DNA of 43,463 nucleotides from Anaerolineae bacterium. Its GTDB lineage: Bacteria; Chloroflexota; Anaerolineae; B4-G1; DUEL01. Shown piece by piece: positions 17,076-25,600 of this stretch. Position 1 is the stretch's first letter; each line of letters opens with the position of its first letter. The position numbers and the translations under genes are program-made. The notes below the pieces were generated by a model, which searched no databases, had not been told where the DNA came from, and was given only the letters and a program-made list of their open reading frames with translations. The stretch lies in assembly GCA_041082215.1 (NCBI GenBank), contig JBDOIF010000043.1, positions 1 to 43,463 on the forward strand. Reading direction: 5' to 3'.

Positions 17076-17999
17076 GTGAGGATCGGGGTGATCGGTTCCG
17101 GGGCGATGGGTTGTCTCTATGGGGCCTACCTCTCCCGGGTGGCGGAAGTAGTCCTCTTCGACTCCTGGGAAGCGCACGTGGAGGCGATCCGTGAACAGGG
17201 GCTGTTCCTGGAGGAACTGGACGGATCTCAGGAGTGTTTCCGGCTCCCGGCCACGACGAAGGTCGGGGAGGTGGGGGAGGTTGATCTGGCGCTGGTCTTC
17301 GTCAAATCCCACCAGACCGCCTGGGCGGCGGAGGTGGTTCGGACGGTCCTGCGGCCAGAAGGGATCGCCCTCACGCTCCAGAATGGCGTGGGGAACCGGG
17401 AGGTGCTGGCCCGGGCGCTGGGGGAGGAGCGGGCGCTGCAGGGGGTAACGGCCCACGGGGCCACGCTCCTGGGACCGGGGCGGGTCCGGCATGCGGGCCA
17501 GGGCCCCACCCATCTGGCCCTCTCCCCCGTCACCGGGGAGTGGGTGGAGCGGATCGCGGAGCTCTTCCAGGCAGCCGGGCTGGAGGTCCATCTCTCCGAG
17601 GACCTGGACGGGTTGATCTGGGGGAAGCTGCTGATCAACGTGGGGGTCAACGCGCTCACGGCGATCCTGCGAGTGCCCAACGGCCATCTGGTGGAGAACC
17701 CTCCGGCGCGGGAAGTGATGGGGCTGGCAGTGCGGGAGGCCGCGGCTGTGGCCGGGGCCATGGGAGTGCGGCTGCCGTACCCCGATCCGGTGGGACGGGC
17801 AGAGGAGGTCTGCCGGGCGACGGCGGCCAACCGCTCCTCCATGCTCCAGGACGTGTTGCGGGGAAGTCCCACGGAGATTGACGTCATCAACGGGGCCATC
17901 GTCCGGGAGGGGGAGCGGCTCGGGCTAGCGACCCCCGTGAACAGGCTGCTGACGCTTCTGGTGAAGGCGATCGAGCAGAGTTATAATGTGCGGGTCTGA
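17076..17999 (+). CDS. panE: Ketopantoate reductase family protein
   Basis: GSGAMG, VKS, LQNG, WGKL-x-IN, SSMLQD, TEID-x-ING; GTG start at 17076 with GGAGG RBS. Confidence 0.92.
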   Translation: MRIGVIGSGAMGCLYGAYLSRVAEVVLFDSWEAHVEAIREQGLFLEELDGSQECFRLPATTKVGEVGEVDLALVFVKSHQTAWAAEVVRTVLRPEGIALTLQNGVGNREVLARALGEERALQGVTAHGATLLGPGRVRHAGQGPTHLALSPVTGEWVERIAELFQAAGLEVHLSEDLDGLIWGKLLINVGVNALTAILRVPNGHLVENPPAREVMGLAVREAAAVAGAMGVRLPYPDPVGRAEEVCRATAANRSSMLQDVLRGSPTEIDVINGAIVREGERLGLATPVNRLLTLLVKAIEQSYNVRV

Positions 18000-18023
18000 A
18001 AGAGCGCTCAAACAAATGGATCG

Positions 18024-18121
18024 CCGCTGAGGCGCAGAGGGCGCAGAGATGGGTCGTGGACGTGGAGAGGCGCTGAACAGGAAAGGCTCCGCCAGGCTCT
18101 GCGTCCTCTGTGCTTTTACGG
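18024..18121. repeat. REP-like inverted repeat of 9-mer units (GCAGAGG[A/G]C)
   Basis: Arms CCGCTGAGGCGCAGAGGGCGCAGAG (18024-18048) / CTCTGCGTCCTCTGTGCTTTTACGG (18097-18121). Confidence 0.7.
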
Positions 18122-18146
18122 TTCAGACGCTAACGGGAGGAGCAAA

Positions 18147-19496
18147 ATGGACGTAAAGAAAGGCTTATCGGCGGAGGAGATCGTCCGGCTGAACCGGGAG
18201 TACACTTTCTTCTCCTGGACAGCCCAGGCAGCGGTGGACCCGATCCCTGTGGTCCGGGGTGAGGGGGTGTACTTCTGGGATGCCAGCGGGAAGCGGTATA
18301 TTGATTTCGCCTCCCAGTTGATGAACCTCAACATCGGCCACCAGCACCCCAAAGTGGTCCGGGCCATCCAGGAGCAGGCCAGCCGCCTCTGCTACGCCTA
18401 CCCGGGGATGGCGACGGAGCCGCGGGGGCTTCTGGGGCGCATGCTGGCGGAGGTGACCCCTGGCCGGTTGAAGAAGTCCTTCTTCTGCCTGGGCGGGGCG
18501 GAGGCGAACGAGAACGCTATCAAGATCGCCCGTATGGTCACCGGCCGCTGGAAGGTCATCGCCCGGTACCGCTCCTACCACGGCGCAACGCACGGAGCCA
18601 TCGCCCTCACCGGCGAACCCCGCCGCTGGCCGGCTGAGCCAGCGATGCCAGGGGTGATCCACGTCTTCGATCCTTACTGCTACCGGTGCCACTTCGGCTG
18701 GACCCCCGAAACCTGCCATCGGGAATGCATCACCCATATCGAGGACGTGATCCGCTTTGAGGGGCCGGAGAACATTGCAGCGGTTCTGATGGAGGGGGTG
18801 ACCGGCTCCAACGGCATCATCGTCCCGCCGGACGACTACTGGCCGCGGATCCGGGAGATCTGCGATCGGTACGGCATCCTCCTGATCTCCGACGAGGTGA
18901 TGAGCGGGTTCGGGCGGACCGGCAGGTGGTTTGCGGTGGACAATTGGGGGGTGGAGCCGGATATGATCACGATTGCCAAGGGGCTAACTTCCGGCTATGT
19001 GCCACTGGGCGCGGTGGTGGTCTCTGAGGCCATCGCCGACCATTTTGAGGATCACGTCCTCTGGTGCGGGCTGACCTACAGTGGCCACACGCTGGCCTGC
19101 GCCGCCGCCATCGCCACGCTTCAGGTGTACCAGGAGGATGGCCTTATCGAGAACGCTGCCCGGATGGGCCGGGTGCTGGGGCGTCGGCTGGAGGAGCTGA
19201 AAGAGCGCCATCCCTCGGTGGGGGACGTGCGGTATATCGGCCTCTTCTCGGTCATCGAGGTGGTGAAGGACCGGAAGACGAAAGAGCCGATGGCCCCCTG
19301 GAACGCCAAATCCTCGGAGATGGGGGCGATGGGGGAACTGGCGAAGTTCCTCCGGCAGAATGGCCTCTATACTTTTGTGCGGTGGAACTGGGTCTTTGTT
19401 GTCCCCCCTCTGTGCATCAACGAAGCCCAGATGGATGAGGGATTGGCGATCATTGACGAGGCGCTGAAGATCACCGACGGGGCCTGCACGGGCTGA
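18147..19496 (+). CDS. Class III PLP aminotransferase (omega-amino acid; beta-alanine/taurine-type)
   Basis: GGAEANE, SYHG, SDEVMSGFGRTG, AKGLTSGYVPLG, GLTYSGH. Confidence 0.9.
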   Translation: MDVKKGLSAEEIVRLNREYTFFSWTAQAAVDPIPVVRGEGVYFWDASGKRYIDFASQLMNLNIGHQHPKVVRAIQEQASRLCYAYPGMATEPRGLLGRMLAEVTPGRLKKSFFCLGGAEANENAIKIARMVTGRWKVIARYRSYHGATHGAIALTGEPRRWPAEPAMPGVIHVFDPYCYRCHFGWTPETCHRECITHIEDVIRFEGPENIAAVLMEGVTGSNGIIVPPDDYWPRIREICDRYGILLISDEVMSGFGRTGRWFAVDNWGVEPDMITIAKGLTSGYVPLGAVVVSEAIADHFEDHVLWCGLTYSGHTLACAAAIATLQVYQEDGLIENAARMGRVLGRRLEELKERHPSVGDVRYIGLFSVIEVVKDRKTKEPMAPWNAKSSEMGAMGELAKFLRQNGLYTFVRWNWVFVVPPLCINEAQMDEGLAIIDEALKITDGACTG

Positions 19497-19503
19497 TCGG
19501 AGA

Positions 19504-19569
19504 AGACACGGAGACACGGGGGACGTGGAGAAAGCAGAGAACTCCGCGTCCTCCGTGTCTCTCTGTGGT
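19504..19569. repeat. REP-like 20-bp hairpin between convergent genes
   Basis: GAGACACGGGGGACGTGGAG (19511-19530) / CTCCGCGTCCTCCGTGTCTC (19542-19561); half-sites of the same family at ~5346-5373 and ~17024-17066. Confidence 0.7.
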
Positions 19570-19581
19570 AGGGTCAGCAAA

Positions 19582-21051
19582 CTATATCTCTCGCAGCAGC
19601 CCGGTCATCTCGTTGAATCGGGTGATCAGGGCGTCTATCTCCTCCACCTGTCCGTGGATGCCGGTCCAGTAGTCGGGATCGTACCACTGGGCCTGGATCT
19701 CCTCGTAGGTCTTTCCCTGCTGCTCCACCCAGGTGTAGTACTTGAGGTTGTGGATGCGGCGGCGGTCCCAGTATCCCAGCTCGAACACGTAGTCCACCGT
19801 ACATCCCAGGAGATAACGGTGGTAATCGGCGGCGGCGTCCAGCTCGGTGTACTCCCCCCGCTCCTGCCGCAGCTCCAGCAGCCGGCTCTGGTAAAGCTCC
19901 ATCGAGTCGGTGAAGACGGTAAGGACCACGTCGTGTTCTCCCAGCTCATACCACCTGGCGAACTTGATGGCGGAGAGGACGTTGGCGATACTGGAGATGC
20001 CCAGGAGGTCGAGCCGCTCCACCAGCCCTTCCGGCACCCCTCGCTTCAGCAGATAGGCCCGCCCGGCCGGCTCGTTGAAGAGCCGTACCAGGCTCATGCA
20101 GGCCTCGTCGTCTATGGCCATCACCATATCGGTGTTGCGGACGTTGTGGATCCAGGGGACGTGCTTGTCGCCGATCCCCTCGATGCGGTGGCCGCCGAAG
20201 CCGTTGAGGATCAGGGTGGGGCACTGGAGCGCCTCGCTGGCGGCGACCTTGCTGGTGGGGAAGACCTTCTTCAGATAATCCCCGCAGCCGATGGTGCCGG
20301 CCGAGCCGGTGGTGAGCACCACCCCCCGGTAGGTGTCCCGCGGCCCCAGCTCCTGCTGGAGGACCTCCTCCATCGCGTGGCCGGTGACCTCGTAGTGCCA
20401 GAGGTGGTTGCCGAACTCCTCGAACTGGTTGAAGATAAAGACGTCCTCCCGCGTCTCCCGCAGCTCCCAGGTTTTGTCGAAGATCTCTTTGACGTTGCTC
20501 TCACAGCCCGGCGTGGCGATCACCTCTCCGGCGAAGCGGGAGAGCCACTCGAACCGTTCGCGGCTCATGCCCTCCGGAAGGATGGCGATGGACTCACAGG
20601 CCAGCAGGGTGGCGTTGTAAGCTCCGCCCCGACAGAAGTTACCGGTGGAGGGCCAGACCGCCTTGTGGTAGGTGGGGTCGAACTGACCGGTGACCAGCCG
20701 GGGCACCAGGCAGCCGAAGGTGGCCCCTACCTTGTGGGAGCCGGTCGGGAACCACTTGCCCACCAGGGCGATGATGCGGGCCGGGACTCCGGTGAGCGCA
20801 GGCGGCAGTTCGACGTAGTTGACCCCGCCGAACCCGCCGCCTGAGGGAACCGGCTCGTTCTTCCAGGTGATGCGGAACAGGTTGAGGGGGTCCACATCCC
20901 ACAGGCCGATCTTCCGTAGCCGTCCCTTGATCCCGTCGGGGATAAGGGAGGGGTCCCTCATCTGAGCGAAGGTGGGGATGACGATCCCCCGCTCGCGGGC
21001 GCGTTGCACCGTCCGATCCAATCGGGTTTTGTTCACGCTCAGATCAATCAT
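19582..21051 (-). CDS. PLP-dependent fold-type II (PALP, cysteine/threonine synthase-like) enzyme of unknown specificity
   Basis: FPTGSHKVG (PLP lysine), STGNF, GSAGT, HRIEGIG, GISS. Confidence 0.82.
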   Translation of the reverse strand: MIDLSVNKTRLDRTVQRARERGIVIPTFAQMRDPSLIPDGIKGRLRKIGLWDVDPLNLFRITWKNEPVPSGGGFGGVNYVELPPALTGVPARIIALVGKWFPTGSHKVGATFGCLVPRLVTGQFDPTYHKAVWPSTGNFCRGGAYNATLLACESIAILPEGMSRERFEWLSRFAGEVIATPGCESNVKEIFDKTWELRETREDVFIFNQFEEFGNHLWHYEVTGHAMEEVLQQELGPRDTYRGVVLTTGSAGTIGCGDYLKKVFPTSKVAASEALQCPTLILNGFGGHRIEGIGDKHVPWIHNVRNTDMVMAIDDEACMSLVRLFNEPAGRAYLLKRGVPEGLVERLDLLGISSIANVLSAIKFARWYELGEHDVVLTVFTDSMELYQSRLLELRQERGEYTELDAAADYHRYLLGCTVDYVFELGYWDRRRIHNLKYYTWVEQQGKTYEEIQAQWYDPDYWTGIHGQVEEIDALITRFNEMTGLLREI

Positions 21052-21064
21052 CGGTTCGCTCTCC

Positions 21065-22129
21065 TTATAAAATCAGCATCGCATCGCCAAAGCTGTAGAA
21101 ACGGTAGCGGAGCTGGATCGCCTCGGCGTAGGCCCGATCCAGCAGCTCCTTGCCGCAGAAGGCGGCCACCAGCATCAGCAGGGTGGAGCGGGGGAGGTGG
21201 AAGTTGGTGATCAGCCCGTCCACAACCCGGAAGCGGAAGCCGGGGTAGATGAACAGGTCCGTTTCCCCCTCGAAGGCGGCCACCGGACGCCATGGGCAGC
21301 TTTCGTCCTCCTCCCCTTCGACGGCCCGCAGTGCTGCCGTTTCCAGTACCCGCACGGAAGTCGTCCCCACGGCGATCACCCGTCCTCCCTCCAGCCTGGC
21401 CCGGTTGATCTGGGCGGCGACCTCCGGGGTGAGGGAGCAGTACTCGGTGTGTATCCGGTGTTCCTCCACCTGCTCCTCCTGGACGGGGCGGAAGGTGTCC
21501 AGCCCCACATGGAGGGTGACGAAGGCCGAGCGCACCCCCATCTCCCGCAGCCGCAGCAGGAGCTCCGGGGTGAAATGGAGGCCGGCGGTGGGGGCAGCGG
21601 CCGATCCGGGCGTGCGGGCATAGATGGTCTGATACCGCTCAGGGTCGTCCAGTGGCCTGTGGATGTAGGGAGGGAGTGGGATGCGGCCCACCGCTTCGGC
21701 CAGCGAAAGGGCGGGCCGGTCAAAAGCCAGCACCCGCTGTCCCCGTTCCCCCTCCTCCAGCACCTCCGCCCCCGCCCCGACCGGCTCTCCGTCGGGGCGG
21801 CTCAACACCTCCAGCCGGAGGCCGGCACGCACCCCCCGACCGCGCACCAGCGCTTCCCACACCCGCTCCGAGCGGGGGCGCAGCAGCAGCAGCTCCACCT
21901 GTCCACCCGTGGGTTTCCGGGCGAAGAGCCGGGCCGGGATCACCCGGCTCTCGTTGTGGATCAGAAGGTCCCCGGGCCGCAAGAACTGGGGGAGGTCCCG
22001 AAAGTGGCAATGGTGGAACTCCCCTGTGGAGCGGTCCACCACCATCAGGCGGGATACGTCCCGCGGCTCGATGGGCGTCTGGGCGATCAGTTCTGGAGGG
22101 AGGGAATAATCGAATTCAGAGGTTTTCAA
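21065..22129 (-). CDS. queA: S-adenosylmethionine:tRNA ribosyltransferase-isomerase
   Basis: FDYSLPPELIAQ, PLPPYI, YQT, AAPTAGLHF, AVGTTS, TNFHLPRSTL, YRFYSFGDAMLI; TTG start at 22129 with GGAGGAGG RBS. Confidence 0.95.
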   Translation of the reverse strand: MKTSEFDYSLPPELIAQTPIEPRDVSRLMVVDRSTGEFHHCHFRDLPQFLRPGDLLIHNESRVIPARLFARKPTGGQVELLLLRPRSERVWEALVRGRGVRAGLRLEVLSRPDGEPVGAGAEVLEEGERGQRVLAFDRPALSLAEAVGRIPLPPYIHRPLDDPERYQTIYARTPGSAAAPTAGLHFTPELLLRLREMGVRSAFVTLHVGLDTFRPVQEEQVEEHRIHTEYCSLTPEVAAQINRARLEGGRVIAVGTTSVRVLETAALRAVEGEEDESCPWRPVAAFEGETDLFIYPGFRFRVVDGLITNFHLPRSTLLMLVAAFCGKELLDRAYAEAIQLRYRFYSFGDAMLIL

Positions 22130-22509
22130 GTGGAAGCTGCCTCCTCCGACGGCTTCTTTTCCTCCTGCTCTGCCCCAGCCTTTGGCCCCCCAAGCCCTAT
22201 CCAGAGGGCGGCGATCAGGCAGCCGATGGCCAGCAGGTCGAGAAGGCCGCAGCAGCAGGTGGACCCTCCAGCGATCCAGGGGGCGCCCCGGGCTGCTCTG
22301 GGTAGTTGGAAGAGAAGGCGGGGGAGGATGGCCACGTCCAGAATCCGGCCTGCGTCGAGCAGGACCAGCAGGGCGAAAGCGATCACCGCCAGGAGCGCTG
22401 CGGTCCCTTTCCGACGGGAAAGCAATACTGCCGCGACGATCATCCCTGCCAGGTGGGCAAGGGCGGCGAGGATGGTAGCTACATACTGAAAGGTTGTTGC
22501 CCGCTCCAT
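22126..22509 (-). CDS. Small hypothetical membrane protein (127 aa, ~3 TM helices)
   Basis: GGGAGGT RBS, ATG 22509, hydrophobic helices, CCC motif, TTGA overlap with the queA start. Confidence 0.7.
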   Translation of the reverse strand: MERATTFQYVATILAALAHLAGMIVAAVLLSRRKGTAALLAVIAFALLVLLDAGRILDVAILPRLLFQLPRAARGAPWIAGGSTCCCGLLDLLAIGCLIAALWIGLGGPKAGAEQEEKKPSEEAAST

Positions 22510-22543
22510 AGATTTGCACCTCCCGTTTTGGGTCTTGAGGGTA

Positions 22544-22571
22544 ATTGTACACCGAACTACAGTCTGGGCAA
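22544..22571 (-). promoter_or_regulatory. Putative promoter for the membrane protein-queA-PLP enzyme unit
   Basis: Minus strand TTGCCC, 16-bp spacer, TACAAT. Confidence 0.5.
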
Positions 22572-22603
22572 GGGATTTCGCGGATTTCACCGTCCCGGGC
22601 AGC

Positions 22604-22631
22604 TTGTTCTTTATCGGGGGGCGTGTATAAT
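22604..22631 (+). promoter_or_regulatory. Putative promoter for the cyclase-STAND gene
   Basis: TTGTTC (22604-22609), 16-bp spacer, TATAAT (22626-22631). Confidence 0.55.
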
Positions 22632-22678
22632 TCCGGCTGGAGCGGCTGTCCGATCGCCGGGTGGAGGGAAGAGGAGGG

Positions 22679-25600
22679 ATGCAGTGCCCATCCTGCGGGG
22701 GTGAGAACCCGCCCGACTTCGTCTTCTGCGGCCATTGCGGAGCGCCGCTGCCTCGCAGGTGCCCCCACTGTGGGTTTGAGAACCCCCAGGGATTTTCCTT
22801 TTGCGGCCGATGCGGAGCGGACCTGTTGATCACCTCCGCTCTAGCTCCGCAGCGTGCTCTGGAAGGAGAACGGCGCTTTGCAGTGATCCTCTTCGCCGAC
22901 ATGGCCGGCTTCACCCGTATGTCGGAGCAGCTCGATCCAGAGGAAGTAACATCGCTGATCAACCTCTGCCTGGATGAGATGACAGACGCGGTGCTCCGTC
23001 ACGGGGGGCGGGTGGATAAATATATCGGGGATGGGCTGATGGCGGTGTTCGGTGTCCCCACGGCCCACGAGGACGACCCGGAGCGTGCCCTGCGCGCCGC
23101 TCTGATGATGCGGGAACGGGTCAAGGAGCTGCATCTGGGGCTGGAGATCCCCTCCATCTCCCTCCATATCGGGCTGGCCTGTGGGGAGGTGGTCGCTGCG
23201 GGTGTAGGGGGAAAGGGCTACAGGGAGTATACCGTGATCGGGACCTCGGTCAGCCTGGCTGCCCGGCTGGAGGAGGCCAGCGCACCGGGGCAGATCCTGG
23301 TGAGTGAGGATATGGCCCGACTGACCGAGCGCGCTTTCGTCTTCCGTCCCCGGCAGCTTGGCTACCTGCCCGGGTTGACCGGTGAGGTGCGGGCCTTTGA
23401 ACTGCTGCGGGCACGCCCCCGGGCGGAGCAGTCCCGCCACCCAAAAGAGTTCCGCTCCCCTCTGGTAGGACGAGATGCGGAGTTTGCCCTCCTGTGGCGT
23501 TCCCTGGAAGGGGTCGCCGCCGGGCGTGGGGGGGTCCTCTCCATAATCGGCGAGGCCGGGATCGGGAAGTCGCGGCTCATCCAGGAAGTGAAAGCCCAGG
23601 TTGAGGCCAAAAGCCCCAACCTGGTCTGGCTGGAAGGCCACCCCCTGGAACACGGCGAACCGGTCCGTTACGGTTGCTACCGGGCCCTCCTGCGCGAGGC
23701 CATCCGAATCTCCGGCATCAACCTCTCCCTCCCGCCGGAAGAGTTGCTGCTCTCCTTCCTGGAAGACCTGCTGCCCGGACGGGCAACGGATATTTACCCC
23801 TACCTGGCTCAGATGATGGACTTCCCCCTTGCTCCGACGATGAAGGAGCGGCTGACGCGGCTGGACGGCGAGAGCCTCAAATGGCAGACCTTCCGGGTGC
23901 TGGTGGAGTGCTTCTCCGCCCTGGCCTCCCGAAAGCCACTGGTCCTGGTCCTCGAAGACCTCCACTGGATAGACCCCACGTCGGCGGAGCTGCTCCGGCG
24001 GATGCTGGCCCTCGTTACTCAGCTCCCCCTGCTCATCGTGGCCGCCTATCGCCCCGATCCGGGCCGCCCTTCGTGGCGGCTGCGCGAGCTGGCCGGACGG
24101 GAATATGCGGATGTCTATACCGAGCTGTGGCTGCACCCCCTGACGACCGCAGCTATCGAGCAGATGGTCTACTACCTCCTGGGCGCGGAGAGGGTCTCCC
24201 GACAGGCCCTGGAGTTTGTGTGCACACGCTCGGAGGGGAATCCTCTCTTCACCGAGGAGATCGTCCGTTCGCTGGTGGACCGGGGCTATCTGGTTGAACG
24301 GGAGAGGGGGTGCTGGGACCTCCTCAGGGTGGATGCGGCGAACGCCATCCCCGACACGGTGCAGGGCATCCTCCAGACCCGGATAGACAGCCTGGGAGAG
24401 GAAACCAAACGGGTGCTCCAGATGGCGGCATGCTGGGGCCGCCAGTTCTCCCGTTCCATACTGGAGGCTGTGGTTCCCCTGATGGGCGTTCCTCCCGATG
24501 CGCTGGACCTGCACCTGAAGCGACTGGAGGAGGCCGGATTCATCGAGGAGCGAGAAGGTCCATCGGGGGCGGAGTACGCTTTTCGCCACGTGTTGATGCA
24601 GGAAGCGGTGCGGGGCGGTCTCCTGCGAGAACGGCGCTGGGCGATCCATCTCCAGTTGGCCCAGGCTCTGGAACGGCTGTATGCTGGCTCGCTGGCGGAT
24701 CGGTATGGCGTCCTGGCTTATCACTATGCCCAGGCTCAGCAGGTGGACCGGGCGCTGGAGTACTATCTGAAGGCAGGGGACTGGGCGCGGGCCAACCACG
24801 CCCTGGAGGATGCCCTCCGCTACTATGAGCAGGCGCTGACTTACCTGAAGGAGCGGCCGGATCCCGTGCGGATGGCCAAGACGCTGATGAAGATCGCGCT
24901 GATCGGCCTGAACAAGTTTGACTTTCAGGCCGCCAGTGAGTGGTACGAGGAGGGCTTCCGGTTCTGGTCCCCGCCGACGAGGTCACAGGAATCCGCCGGC
25001 AAGGAGGTCCTCAGACTGGCGATCCCCTCCTGGCCCGTTCTGGACCCGGCACAGGCAAGCGACGCTTATTCCCACAACGTACTGGCCCAGCTTTTTGAGG
25101 GGCTGGGGCAGTATGAGATCGAGGAGATCAACGTCCTGCCTGCCGCGGCGGAGCGGTGGGAGGTGGGCGGCTATGGCCATCGGTACCTTTTCTTCCTGCG
25201 TCGGGATGGCTGCTGGTCGGACGGGCAGCCAGTGACAGCCCACGACTTCGTGCTGGCAGTCCGGCGTATACTGGACCCTGCCACCCGCTCCCCTGTCGCT
25301 CCGGTCCTCCGCGACATCGCCGGCGCCCGGGCCTTCGCCTCCGGTGAGACGACGGACCCCTCCCGGCTCGGCGTGCGGGCCCTCGATGATTGGACTCTGG
25401 AGGTGACGCTGGAACAGCCGGTCTGCAGCTTTGCCAGCCTGCTCCCCTTCCGGGTCTTCTTCCCGGTCCCGGCCTCCCTTTTCGAGAGCTATGGCGATGG
25501 ATGGGCACGGCTTGACCGGATTGTGAGCAACGGTCCGTTCTCCGTCAGGGAGTGGGAGGAGGGACGGCTGCTGGTCCTGGAGAGGAACCCCTACTACCCG

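Noticed and set aside
17982..17987. TATAAT at the end of panE as an internal promoter for the aminotransferase
   Set aside because: No credible -35 or extended -10, and it lies within coding sequence; not supportable without TSS data.
22130..22768. Apparent 213-aa N-terminal extension of QueA in the ORF track
   Set aside because: QueA homology begins at TTG 22129, which has a strong RBS; the extension overlaps a better ORF and a promoter region.
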